Positions 22,262 through 29,917 of a stretch of DNA of 64,000 nucleotides are shown here, one piece after another. Numbering within the stretch: position 1 is the first letter of the stretch; every line of letters begins with the position of its first letter. The stretch is from an uncultured Pseudomonadales bacterium (GTDB lineage: Bacteria; Pseudomonadota; Gammaproteobacteria; Pseudomonadales; Cellvibrionaceae), in NCBI GenBank assembly GCA_947487765.1, contig CANKXO010000007.1:22180-86179 (forward strand). The letters are read 5' to 3'. A program made the translations under genes and the position numbers. The notes below the pieces were generated by a model. The model saw only the letters and a program-made list of their open reading frames with translations. It had not been told where the DNA came from and did not search any database.

Positions 22262-23152
22262 ATGAAAAAAAATCATCTTGGTATTGATCATCCGCTTGTG
22301 GCTGTACGAGATATGGATAAAGCGAGTGAAGACTTCGCTCGCATAGGTTTTTTTATTAATCCACGCCATCATCATCCATGGGGTACTGATAATCACTTGT
22401 TGATGTTTCCTGAAAATTTTATTGAATTAATCAGTATTTATGATGACAGTAAGTTAGATTTAAAAAATGAGAAAGGCTTCGCGTTTGGACGCTTTATCAG
22501 TGATTCTATTGAGCGGCGAGAAGGCATTTCTCTCGTGGCGTTACACAGTGAAGATGCCCGTCAAGATCACCAGCTTATGAATGAGCGAGGCGTTGAAAAC
22601 CAAGGCATTGTCGATTTTCGTCGTGTGGCACATCGGCCTGATGGGACTGAAGAAGAAGCCGTTGTGTCTTTAGTCATGTTAGTGAACTCTAGTTGCCCGC
22701 CAGTCTCGAACTTTTTCTGCCATCAACATAAGCCGCATCTTGTTTGGGTTAAAGAATGGATGAATCACCCTAACGGTGCTAATGGTATTGCTGCTGTGAG
22801 TTATATTGCAGACAATCCAGCTGATTTTTTACCAAGGTTTGCAGGTATCTATGGTGAGGAAGCTGTCACTCTCGATAGCGATATATTGATAGCAAAAACT
22901 GACCGAGGTGTATTCGAAGTGTTAAGCCCTGATCGGGCTAATGATCGTTTCGCTGGTGTTGGTATTCCTGTAAGTGGAGCACAGCGTCCCAGTGGGGTCG
23001 CGATTAGAGTCAGTACACATTCAATGGCACAAGCTAAATCTCATTTAGATAAAAATCAGGTTATCTATATCGAGACTGATGATGGTGGCTTGCGTATTCC
23101 TGCTCATTACGCAGGCAATACAATTTTTGAAATTTACCCTGAGTCACTGTAG
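22262..23152 (+). CDS. VOC/glyoxalase-like domain protein
   Basis: weak glyoxalase-like pattern; sits in the catabolic operon. Confidence 0.45.
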   Translation: MKKNHLGIDHPLVAVRDMDKASEDFARIGFFINPRHHHPWGTDNHLLMFPENFIELISIYDDSKLDLKNEKGFAFGRFISDSIERREGISLVALHSEDARQDHQLMNERGVENQGIVDFRRVAHRPDGTEEEAVVSLVMLVNSSCPPVSNFFCHQHKPHLVWVKEWMNHPNGANGIAAVSYIADNPADFLPRFAGIYGEEAVTLDSDILIAKTDRGVFEVLSPDRANDRFAGVGIPVSGAQRPSGVAIRVSTHSMAQAKSHLDKNQVIYIETDDGGLRIPAHYAGNTIFEIYPESL

Positions 23153-23160
23153 GAGCGACT

Positions 23161-24333
23161 ATGTTGCCAATTTCCCAGGAAGATACGTTACACCAATTAA
23201 TGCGCGAGTGGCGACGTGATCTTCATGCTCACCCTGAAACCGCTTTTGAAGAGCATCGAACCTCTGCCAAAGTCATTGAATTGCTCAAGAGTTTTGGGCT
23301 GAATGTGAGTACAGGTTTGGCCACGACAGGTGTTGTGGCAACGCTTGAAGGCAAGCAGAAAAGTAATAAAGCTATTGGCTTAAGGGCAGATATGGATGCA
23401 CTTAATTTGCAGGAGTTAAATACCTTTTCACATTGTTCGAAACATAAAGGCAAGATGCACGGTTGCGGTCACGATGGCCATACAGCCATGTTATTAGGAG
23501 CTGCTAAATATCTTTCAGAGAATAGAGATTTTGCAGGTACTGTCGTTTTTATTTTCCAGCCTGCTGAAGAAGGGGGGGCTGGCGCTAAGGTCATGTGTGA
23601 ACAGGGGCTGTTTGAACAATTTCCTGTCGATGCTGTTTATGGCATGCATAATTGGCCAGGACTTGATGCCGGCTGTTTTGCTGTTAATTCAGGGCCAGTG
23701 ATGGCAGCTACCGACATATTTGATATTACAATTACGGGTAAAGGCTGTCATGCGGGTATGCCAAACATGGGGGTGGACCCTGTGGTAGTGGCAGCACAAT
23801 TAATCAGTGCTTTGCAAAGTATCATTAGTCGTACCCTCGACCCCCTTGAATCCGGTGTCGTCAGTGTGACTCAAATGCGCGGCGGCAACGCTTATAATGT
23901 TGTACCTGATAGCGTGACGTTATCAGGCACTTGCAGAACATTTTCTGACGATGTGCAAAAACTGATTGAAGAAAAAATACGAAGGCAAGTTCAAAGTCTA
24001 TGTCATGCCTTTGATGCAGAAGGCGTATTAGATTATCGACGTGTTTATCCTTCTACGGTTAATGATAAAACGCATGCGGGCATATGTGCTGATGTGGCAG
24101 ACTCGTTAGTTGGTAGTGATTATGTCAAGCGCGATTTACCTCCTAGTATGGGTGCGGAAGATTTTTCATTTATGTTACAGCAACGGCCAGGCGCATATCT
24201 CTGGCTTGGTAACGGCTCTAGGGATGACGGTAAAGGTTTGCATAATCCTTATTATGATTTTAATGACGAAGTGCTTTCTTTAGGTGCAAACTTTTGGATT
24301 AAGCTTGTGCAATCACAATTAATGTCAGGCTAG
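23161..24333 (+). CDS. M20D family amidohydrolase (aminoacylase / hippurate hydrolase-like)
   Basis: HAHPETAFEE, RADMDAL, GKMHGCGHDGHTAMLLGAA metal-binding motifs. Confidence 0.85.
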   Translation: MLPISQEDTLHQLMREWRRDLHAHPETAFEEHRTSAKVIELLKSFGLNVSTGLATTGVVATLEGKQKSNKAIGLRADMDALNLQELNTFSHCSKHKGKMHGCGHDGHTAMLLGAAKYLSENRDFAGTVVFIFQPAEEGGAGAKVMCEQGLFEQFPVDAVYGMHNWPGLDAGCFAVNSGPVMAATDIFDITITGKGCHAGMPNMGVDPVVVAAQLISALQSIISRTLDPLESGVVSVTQMRGGNAYNVVPDSVTLSGTCRTFSDDVQKLIEEKIRRQVQSLCHAFDAEGVLDYRRVYPSTVNDKTHAGICADVADSLVGSDYVKRDLPPSMGAEDFSFMLQQRPGAYLWLGNGSRDDGKGLHNPYYDFNDEVLSLGANFWIKLVQSQLMSG

Positions 24334-24356
24334 TGATAGCTTAGGCGCTAAAAAAT

Positions 24357-25265
24357 ATGAAAGAAATTAATGAGAAGCGAGTCGCTTATCTTTACGAAGC
24401 CGTGACAATGGGGACTATTCGTGCCGCAGCAGATAAGCTAAATGTTGCGCCTTCAGCTGTCAGTCGTCAAATAACATTATTGGAAGAAGAGCTCGCCAGT
24501 ACCTTGATTGAGCGTCACCGTAAGGGTGTCACAGCAACGGAGGCGGGTGAAGTCATTTTACGTTTTTATCGCGAAGCACTTTCCAGCGAAGAAACCTGCA
24601 TTTCTAAACTACAAGCATTACAAGGCCTGCAAAGCGGTCACATTAAATTAGCGATAGGCGAAGGCTTTGTGGGTGATTTAATGTCGGGCCCTCTACCTGA
24701 ATTTTCTCGACGGTATCCCTCGCTAACCTTATCGATTAGTATGGCGGGATCGAATGAAGTGATCCGCAAAGTAGAAGAGGATGAAGCTCATATCGGTTTA
24801 TTGTTTCATCCTGCATCACATCCGAATATTCGTTCTCAAGTTATCAGCTCTCAACCCATTTGTGCGATTGTCTCTCCAGAGCATGTATTGGCAAATAGGG
24901 CTAGTGCAATTACATTGGAAGAGCTGCTGGAATATCCCGTTGCATTACTCGAATCTCAATATGGTGTACGGCAATTACTAGGCATGGCCGAATTTAAGGA
25001 ACGTATTCGTTTCCGACCAATAGTAACTTCAGATTCAATTGCTGTTTTAAAATTTTTTGTGCGTTCTAATATGGGATTCGCCTTTCTTCCTGAATTTGTG
25101 GTGGCAAAAGAAATTGAAGATCAACAGTTAGTTGCAATTAAAATAGATCAAGAAATATTGGCTGGTGGCGAGGCGCATATGATTACTCGTTTAGGTCGTC
25201 AGCTTTCGGAAGGGCCACATTGTTTATTAGAGCATTTGAGAGCTTGGATGAAGGCATTTAGTTGA
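24357..25265 (+). CDS. LysR-family transcriptional regulator
   Basis: N-terminal HTH LNVAPSAVSRQITLLEEEL plus LysR substrate-binding domain. Confidence 0.85.
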   Translation: MKEINEKRVAYLYEAVTMGTIRAAADKLNVAPSAVSRQITLLEEELASTLIERHRKGVTATEAGEVILRFYREALSSEETCISKLQALQGLQSGHIKLAIGEGFVGDLMSGPLPEFSRRYPSLTLSISMAGSNEVIRKVEEDEAHIGLLFHPASHPNIRSQVISSQPICAIVSPEHVLANRASAITLEELLEYPVALLESQYGVRQLLGMAEFKERIRFRPIVTSDSIAVLKFFVRSNMGFAFLPEFVVAKEIEDQQLVAIKIDQEILAGGEAHMITRLGRQLSEGPHCLLEHLRAWMKAFS

Positions 25266-25520
25266 GGCTTTCAAAAATATATCGCTATATTTTGTATAAA
25301 TAATAAAAATAAGCTTGAAATTTATCGTTACAAGCCTAGAATGCACATCAAATTAATTAATGCAGAGACTTTATCTTTGAAGCATTTACTCATATTTACA
25401 AATTACAGCATCGCTTCTGGGGCCGATAGTGCCCAAGAGATACGCTGTGCGTCAATATAACCTGTCTAAGTAAATATAGCTGGCAGGTTTAGCCTTCCAG
25501 TTTTAAAAAGTTATTAAAAA

Positions 25521-25557
25521 CCCGGAAGGCATAACTGCTTTTCGGGTTTTTTTATGC
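25521..25557. terminator. Rho-independent terminator (A-tract / stem / T-tract, bidirectional)
   Basis: aaaaa-cccggaagg-cataactg-cttttcggg-ttttttt. Confidence 0.6.
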
Positions 25558-26127
25558 CCGAGTTTTAAAAGTAAATGATGAGAGTAATTAGAACTTTGCT
25601 CTTATAAAGTTGTTGGTAGTTGCAATTTTGACAAATGCATAAAAATAGGAGAGTTATTATTGAAAGTTAATCAGAGGCTTAGATCGTTTATTTATAGATG
25701 AATAGTGTCATTCCACGAGTAGGGAAAATTTATTTTACAGATAAGTTTTCCTCGCTAAATTATTGTCGAATTTTTGTGAATATAGCCGCAATGGCATCGC
25801 TCGCCTATTGATTGCTAATACAATATAACTTATTGATATATAGATATTATTTCAAAAAATACTATGCCTTGTTTTAATTTTTATTACGGGCTATTGTTTA
25901 AAAAGATTTACGAAACAACACATCCAAGTGTTAACAAAAAAGAGATTTAACCATGAACCGATTACTCGGAATAAATAACCATCATACAGCTTCAGAGTGG
26001 CCATTAAAGAGTCAGCTGCTGCCGTTTAGTAATTGTTATCGTCAAAATCAAGGCGATATGAGTTTAGAGATGTAATTTGCACTTTCCTTACCGGAAGGCT
26101 GCAAGGCCAACCGGATACGTTTTTTTG

Positions 26128-26160
26128 AAACCCGATTGGCTTTGCTTATCGGGTTTTTTT
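26128..26160 (+). terminator. Rho-independent terminator; the module ccggaaggc...tcgggtttttttatgccc repeats the 25521 element
   Basis: cccgat-tggctttgctt-atcggg followed by a T7 tract. Confidence 0.55.
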
Positions 26161-26497
26161 ATGCCCTTCATGGATGAAGGGTACATCGAAAATGCAGGTC
26201 GGCTTTTGCTCCTGCAAAACCGACATTCACGCCATCCATGGCGCTTGAGCAATTTTTTGAGTGCCCAAAGATGGAAGATGAACCCATAACGCTCGAGAAC
26301 CTTTCGAGTATTAAAGGATTAATTTTACATGGCAGTATTTTAGGAAGTTACTCCACAAGGATGTTTTTTAATAGTGCAATGCCCACTTACACGGCATTAG
26401 TTTTTTAACAATTTGGTCGCTTTTTCCGGCATATAAGAAAGGTAAATACATTCTCGGTAATCTCGATGAGTCGTATTTTTTACTTATATGCCAAGTA

Positions 26498-26653
26498 TGC
26501 CCCTATCGTCTAGTTGGATAGGACGCTGGGTTTTCAATTCAGTAACGTCGGTTCGCCGCAAGCGGACCGGTCCAAAGTTATAAACTTTGGCCGTTCAAGA
26601 AACGCAAAGCATGCTTTGCTTAACATGTTTCTTTCACCCATCTAGGGGCACCA
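26498..26653 (+). ncRNA. Long tRNA-like RNA L1. The 5' part is a canonical tRNA-Glu(TTC) (acceptor, D-arm, anticodon arm, start of the T-arm); an approximately 95-nt hairpin-rich insert follows, then a 3' strand complementary to the acceptor 5' strand + A + CCA
   Basis: gccccta (26498-504) pairs 7/7 with taggggc (26643-649), followed by a-cca; anticodon loop ttTTCaa; the insert holds three clean hairpins (ccgc-aa-gcgg; cgg.ccaaagtt-ata-aactttgg.ccg; aagaaac...gcaaagc-at-gctttgc...gtttctt). Confidence 0.55.
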
Positions 26654-26663
26654 ATAATTTGTT

Positions 26664-26740
26664 ACGTCGATAGCTTAACTGGCAAAAGCTCTGGCCTCCA
26701 AAACCAGGCGATGTAGGTTCGAACCCTACTCGGCGTGCCA
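26664..26740 (+). tRNA. tRNA-Trp (CCA)
   Basis: acceptor acgtcga/tcggcgt (one G-U), D-stem gctt/aagc, anticodon loop ctCCAaa (stem has a C-A mismatch), T-arm gtagg-ttcgaac-cctac, discriminator G + encoded CCA. Confidence 0.75.
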
Positions 26741-26749
26741 AACATAAAT

Positions 26750-26909
26750 GCAGTGATAGCCCCAATAGATCGGCAGATTTTTGTTTCATTGAAGATCAGG
26801 AGAGTGCTGGTTCGACAGCTTTGTAGGAGCAAAAGTTGGACGCTTGTATAGGCGGTCGAGAAGCGATTATGCACAAGGATGTGTATAACAATTCCGGCTC
26901 ACTGCACCA
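26750..26909 (+). ncRNA. Long tRNA-like RNA L2. Acceptor-like 7/7 pairing + discriminator + CCA encloses about 145 nt, including a degenerate T-arm-like hairpin and an internal module paralogous to the one in L5
   Basis: gcagtga (26750-56) pairs with tcactgc (26899-905), followed by a-cca; internal gctg-gttcga-cagc; the block tttgtaggagcaaaagttggacgc...ggcggtcgagaagcgattatgcacaagga aligns with the L5 insert. Confidence 0.5.
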
Positions 26910-26916
26910 GTTTTAT

Positions 26917-26993
26917 TTCGGTGTGAAGCAGAGTGGTAATGCGCCTGACTGTTAATCAGGAGTTCGTTGGTTCGACCCTAGCCGCCGGAGCCA
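26917..26993 (+). tRNA. tRNA-Asn (GTT)-like (non-canonical D-arm)
   Basis: anticodon arm cctga-ctGTTaa-tcagg, T-arm gttgg-ttcgacc-ctagc, acceptor ttcggtg/cgccgga (G-U pairs), G + CCA. Confidence 0.55.
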
Positions 26994-27001
26994 ATTTTAT
27001 T

Positions 27002-27083
27002 GAGGGTGTTGAGCAGGTGGTGAGCTCAGCGGACTGTAAATTCGCCGGAAACTATGTAGGTTCGATTCCTTCCACCCTCACCA
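27002..27083 (+). tRNA. tRNA-Tyr (GTA)
   Basis: acceptor gagggtg/caccctc 7/7, D-stem gagc/gctc, anticodon gcgga-ctGTAaa-ttcgc, 10-nt variable region, T-loop ttcgatt, A + CCA. Confidence 0.8.
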
Positions 27084-27090
27084 AATTTCC

Positions 27091-27168
27091 GGGCCAATAG
27101 CATAATCGGTAAATGCCCCGGCCTCATAAGCCGGAGAAGGAGCGGTTCGAATCCGCCTTGGCCTACCA
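27091..27168 (+). tRNA. tRNA-Met/Ile2 (CAT)
   Basis: acceptor gggccaa/ttggcct, D gcat/atgc, anticodon ccggc-ctCATaa-gccgg, T-loop ttcgaat, A + CCA. Confidence 0.75.
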
Positions 27169-27186
27169 ATTAAATGATTAGTTAAT

Positions 27187-27261
27187 AGCGGTGTTGAGCA
27201 ATGGCTGCTTTCGGGTTTCATATGCCCGAGCTTGTTGGTTCGATTCCAACCACCGCAACCA
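27187..27261 (+). tRNA. tRNA-Met (CAT), second copy
   Basis: anticodon cgggt-ttCATat-gcccg, perfect T-arm gttgg-ttcgatt-ccaac, acceptor 6/7 (A-A at 1:72), A + CCA. Confidence 0.7.
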
Positions 27262-27265
27262 AATT

Positions 27266-27356
27266 GGAAGTGTGGCCGAGTGGTAAGGCAGCGGATTGCT
27301 AATCCGTACAGTGATAAATCGTTGCTGCATGAGTTCGAATCTCATCACTTCCTCCA
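27266..27356 (+). tRNA. tRNA-Ser (GCT), long variable arm
   Basis: ggaagtg...ggccgagtggtaaggc, anticodon gcgga-ttGCTaa-tccgt, long variable arm, T-arm atgag-ttcgaat-ctcat, acceptor 7/7, T + CCA; 91 nt. Confidence 0.9.
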
Positions 27357-27382
27357 AAATACTCCGGTGATGCAATTGGAAG

Positions 27383-27486
27383 GCAGGTTAAGGCTCCTGC
27401 AAAACCTGCATTCCCACCATCCATGGTGGTCACATAGCCCACTTAAAATCGGTTTGTTGCGAGTTCGACTCTCGCCGTCTGCATCA
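27383..27486 (+). ncRNA. Long tRNA-like RNA L4. Acceptor-like 6/7 pairing, a Cys-type T-arm (gcgag-ttcgact-ctcgc), a GCA-containing loop and a covarying internal hairpin; no encoded CCA. A degenerate paralogue lies at 26189-26310
   Basis: gcaggtt (27383-89) vs cgtctgc (27476-82); cctgcaaaacc loop; ccacc-atccat-ggtgg hairpin corresponds to acgcc-atccat-ggcg in the 26196-26251 copy (compensatory changes). Confidence 0.45.
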
Positions 27487-27574
27487 GTTTTTCGTGAGGT
27501 AATTCAATTAGCAGAATGCGATTTTCATAAAATCGGCGATAGTGGTGCAAGTCCACTCTTCACGACCGGTTAAT

Positions 27575-27648
27575 AGCAGCGTGGTGTAACGGTAACACAC
27601 CGGACTTTGACTTCGGTATTTCAGGTTCGAATCCTGGCGCTGTTGCCA
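27575..27648 (+). tRNA. tRNA-Gln (TTG)
   Basis: acceptor agcagcg/cgctgtt, D gtgt/acac, anticodon ccgga-ctTTGac-ttcgg, T-loop ttcgaat, G + CCA. Confidence 0.75.
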
Positions 27649-27688
27649 AATAGTATGTTGAGTAGGGTTCTAAAAATATTTAATTTTT

Positions 27689-27763
27689 GTGCGAGTGGCA
27701 GAATGATGATGCGCGGAACTGCAACTTCCGTTTACGCCGGTTTGATTCCGGCCTCGCACTCCA
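27689..27763 (+). tRNA. tRNA-Cys (GCA)
   Basis: acceptor gtgcgag/ctcgcac 7/7, anticodon cggaa-ctGCAac-ttccg, T-arm gccgg-tttgatt-ccggc, T + CCA; 3-bp D-stem as in E. coli tRNA-Cys. Confidence 0.8.
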
Positions 27764-27769
27764 AATTTT

Positions 27770-27914
27770 CTGGATATAGCACAGCCTAGTAGCGTGTTGG
27801 GTTTAACTAAAATACATCCAAGTATTTTGCCCTTCGGGTTCTTCGAAGTTCAAAACGTTCCAGACGTTTTGTGGAGCTCAAAGTTTGTGGGTTCAAACCC
27901 TGCTATCCAGACCA
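27770..27914 (+). ncRNA. Long tRNA-like RNA L3. Canonical acceptor (7/7), D-arm and T-arm + A + CCA, with an approximately 85-nt structured insert replacing the anticodon region
   Basis: ctggata/tatccag; D gcac/gtgt; T-arm gtggg-ttcaaac-cctgc; the insert contains a cc-ttcg-gg tetraloop hairpin and aaaacgt-tccag-acgtttt hairpin. Confidence 0.55.
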
Positions 27915-27926
27915 ATTAATTTAAAC

Positions 27927-28000
27927 GCGGTGTTGACCGAATGGTTAGGTACCTGCCTTCCAAGCAGAGGAAATGGGTTCGATTCCCATACACCGCTCCA
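27927..28000 (+). tRNA. tRNA-Gly (TCC)
   Basis: acceptor gcggtgt/acaccgc 7/7, anticodon loop ctTCCaa (4-5 bp stem), T-arm atggg-ttcgatt-cccat, T + CCA. Confidence 0.75.
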
Positions 28001-28008
28001 AAATTTAA

Positions 28009-28082
28009 TGAAGGTTGGCTTAGTGGCTGAGCACCGGACTTTTAATCCGGCTAGATGGGTTCGATCCCCATACCTTCAACCA
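28009..28082 (+). tRNA. tRNA-Lys (TTT)
   Basis: acceptor tgaaggt/accttca 7/7, D gctt/gagc, anticodon ccgga-ctTTTaa-tccgg, T-arm atggg-ttcgatc-cccat, A + CCA. Confidence 0.85.
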
Positions 28083-28116
28083 ATTACAATAAAACAACTA
28101 AAAGGAGATCGTATTA

Positions 28117-29312
28117 TGGCGATTAAAAAAGTATTGGCGCCGCATAAAGATCAGCGGTTGCCTGTAAAAATTTGGACGGATGATATTGATTACAGCACGC
28201 AGGCTCAGTTGAGTCGTGTAGCGAACTTACCATTCGTTTATAAGCATGTAGCAGCGATGCCTGATGTACATCTCGGAAAAGGCGCCACTGTTGGTTCAGT
28301 GATTGCAACCGATAAAGCTATTATCCCTGCAGCTGTGGGTGTGGATATTGGATGTGGAATGAATGCAGTGAGATTATCTATTAAAGCAAAAGATTTGCCT
28401 GATAGCCTAAAATTGATTCGAAACGGAATTGAATCAGTTGTACCTTTAGGTCCCGGAGGTCAACATCGTGACCCCAAAATTGCTGGTGGTCATGATATAT
28501 CAATGCGTCTATGTACTATTTTTGAAAAACACCCGAAGTTAAGTAAGCGCGTTAAAGTGAATGGGTTTGCGAAACAATTAGGAACGCTGGGCTCAGGAAA
28601 TCATTTCATTGAATTATGTTTAGATGAAAATGATGACGTGTGGATTATGTTGCATTCAGGGAGTCGTGGAGTTGGCAATAAAATCGGTATGTACTTTATC
28701 GAAATTGCTAAACGAGAAATGGAAAAATGGATGATTCACTTACCTGATAAAGACTTGGCTTATCTATCTGAAGGGTCAGAATATTATGATGACTATATTG
28801 AAGCAGTTTCTTGGGGGCAAGATTATGCGGCATTGAATCGCACGCATATGATGAATGCAGTAATGCTAGAACTACGTAAGTATTTACCTGCGTTTACAAT
28901 CACACAAGAGGCTATCAATTGCCACCATAATTATGTTGAAAAGGAAAATCATTACGGCAAAAACGTATGGGTAACGCGTAAAGGCGCAATCCGTGCGAGA
29001 AAGGATGATCTTGGTATTATTCCCGGGTCCATGGGTGATAAAAGTTTTATTGTTCGTGGTAAAGGTGAATCTGAATCATTTTGTTCTTGTTCCCATGGTG
29101 CGGGTCGACGATTGAGTCGTACTGCAGCTGCAAAAACTTTTTCCGTTGCTGATCTCGTATCAGCTACTGAAGGAATAGAATGTCGTAAAGACAGGGGTGT
29201 CATTGATGAAATTCCAATGGCATATAAGCCTATCGATAGCGTGATGGATAACCAAACTGATCTAGTGGATATAGTTCATACACTTCGACAAGTCGTCAAT
29301 GTAAAAGGCTAG
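28117..29312 (+). CDS. rtcB: RNA ligase RtcB (3'-phosphate/5'-OH RNA-splicing ligase family)
   Basis: AMPDVHLGKGATVGSV, GCGMN, GSGNHFIEL, HSGSRGVG, CSCSHGAGR; RBS aaggag 9 nt upstream of the ATG at 28117. The tracked ORF from 27885 is an artefactual extension across two tRNAs. Confidence 0.9.
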
Positions 29313-29358
29313 AAAGGACTTAGCCTTTTCTTTCACCTCTTTCCTCATTTTTAATTTA

Positions 29359-29432
29359 GCCCAATTGGCATAGTGGTCGTGCAGCTGCTTTGTAAGCAGC
29401 AGAGACAGGTTCAATTCCTGTATTGGGCTCCA
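29359..29432 (+). tRNA. tRNA-Thr (TGT)
   Basis: acceptor gcccaat/attgggc 7/7, D gcat/gtgc, anticodon gctgc-ttTGTaa-gcagc, T-arm acagg-ttcaatt-cctgt, T + CCA. Confidence 0.85.
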
Positions 29433-29441
29433 GTTTACATC

Positions 29442-29593
29442 GCCTGATTAGTTCAATTGGACTTAGAGCATCCGCCTACGACAATTTTGCAGGAGCAAAA
29501 ATTGGGCGTCTATAGAGGCGATCGTGAAACGATAATGTGCAGGACGCATATTACAAACGGGAAGATGCGGGTTCGAATCCTATTCAGGTGCCA
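29442..29593 (+). ncRNA. Long tRNA-like RNA L5. Acceptor 6/7 + G + CCA, canonical D-arm, T-arm-like gcggg-ttcgaat, and an approximately 95-nt insert paralogous to the L2 insert
   Basis: gcctgat vs ttcaggt; D gttc/gagc; insert aattttgc-agga-gcaaaaatt hairpin, atcgt-gaa-acgat hairpin; aligns with L2 (tttgYaggagcaaaaRttggRcg...ggcgRtcgNgaaRcgatWatg). Confidence 0.5.
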
Positions 29594-29601
29594 AATTTAT
29601 T

Positions 29602-29678
29602 ACTCTCGTAGCTTAATTGGATAGAGCGTCTGTCTTCGAAACAGAACGGTGTTGGTTTGATTCCAACCGAGAGTGCCA
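29602..29678 (+). tRNA. tRNA-Arg (TCG)
   Basis: acceptor actctcg/cgagagt 7/7, D gctt/gagc, anticodon tctgt-ctTCGaa-acaga, T-arm gttgg-tttgatt-ccaac, G + CCA. Confidence 0.85.
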
Positions 29679-29917
29679 ATAATTATTATTAATAAACCCG
29701 AGAATCTTTAGGTGTGGCCGTGGCAGATTGATAAATTTACCGGGAGTAAATTTAGACGCGGGAGAGAAGCGACGGCGCCCGTAGGGGTTGTAACATGGAT
29801 GTTACAAACCAATGTGCGCTTAACTTTGGCTTAAGTGCCCTTGGTTTTTGGAAAGGGGAGTTCAGGTCGCATCGGTCACCCCTAAAGGTTTTTACTAATA
29901 GAAAAGGAGGTCAAGCA

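Noticed and set aside
25540-26165. cgggt-tttttt(t)at-gcccg, first read as a degenerate anticodon arm or tRNA remnant
   Set aside because: The loop is too long and no T-arm or acceptor is present. An A-tract, stem and T-tract in context fit intrinsic terminators better; the similarity to the tRNA-Met anticodon arm is probably coincidental.
26077-27789. Several 60-113-aa ORFs over the tRNA array (26077-26289, 26662-26874, 27178-27375, 27232-27573, 27607-27789)
   Set aside because: They overlap well-formed tRNA or tRNA-like genes on both strands and have no RBS or domain signal. They are spurious six-frame ORFs.
26498-27914. Group-I intron interpretation of the inserts in the long tRNA-like genes
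   Set aside because: The inserts are only 70-100 nt, far below group-I intron size. Most are not in the anticodon loop. No P-Q-R-S core elements are visible.
27885-28116. Tracked ORF extends rtcB upstream to 27885 (475 aa)
   Set aside because: The extension runs across tRNA-Gly and tRNA-Lys and has no RBS. A strong AAGGAG RBS precedes the ATG at 28117, which gives the normal RtcB N-terminus.
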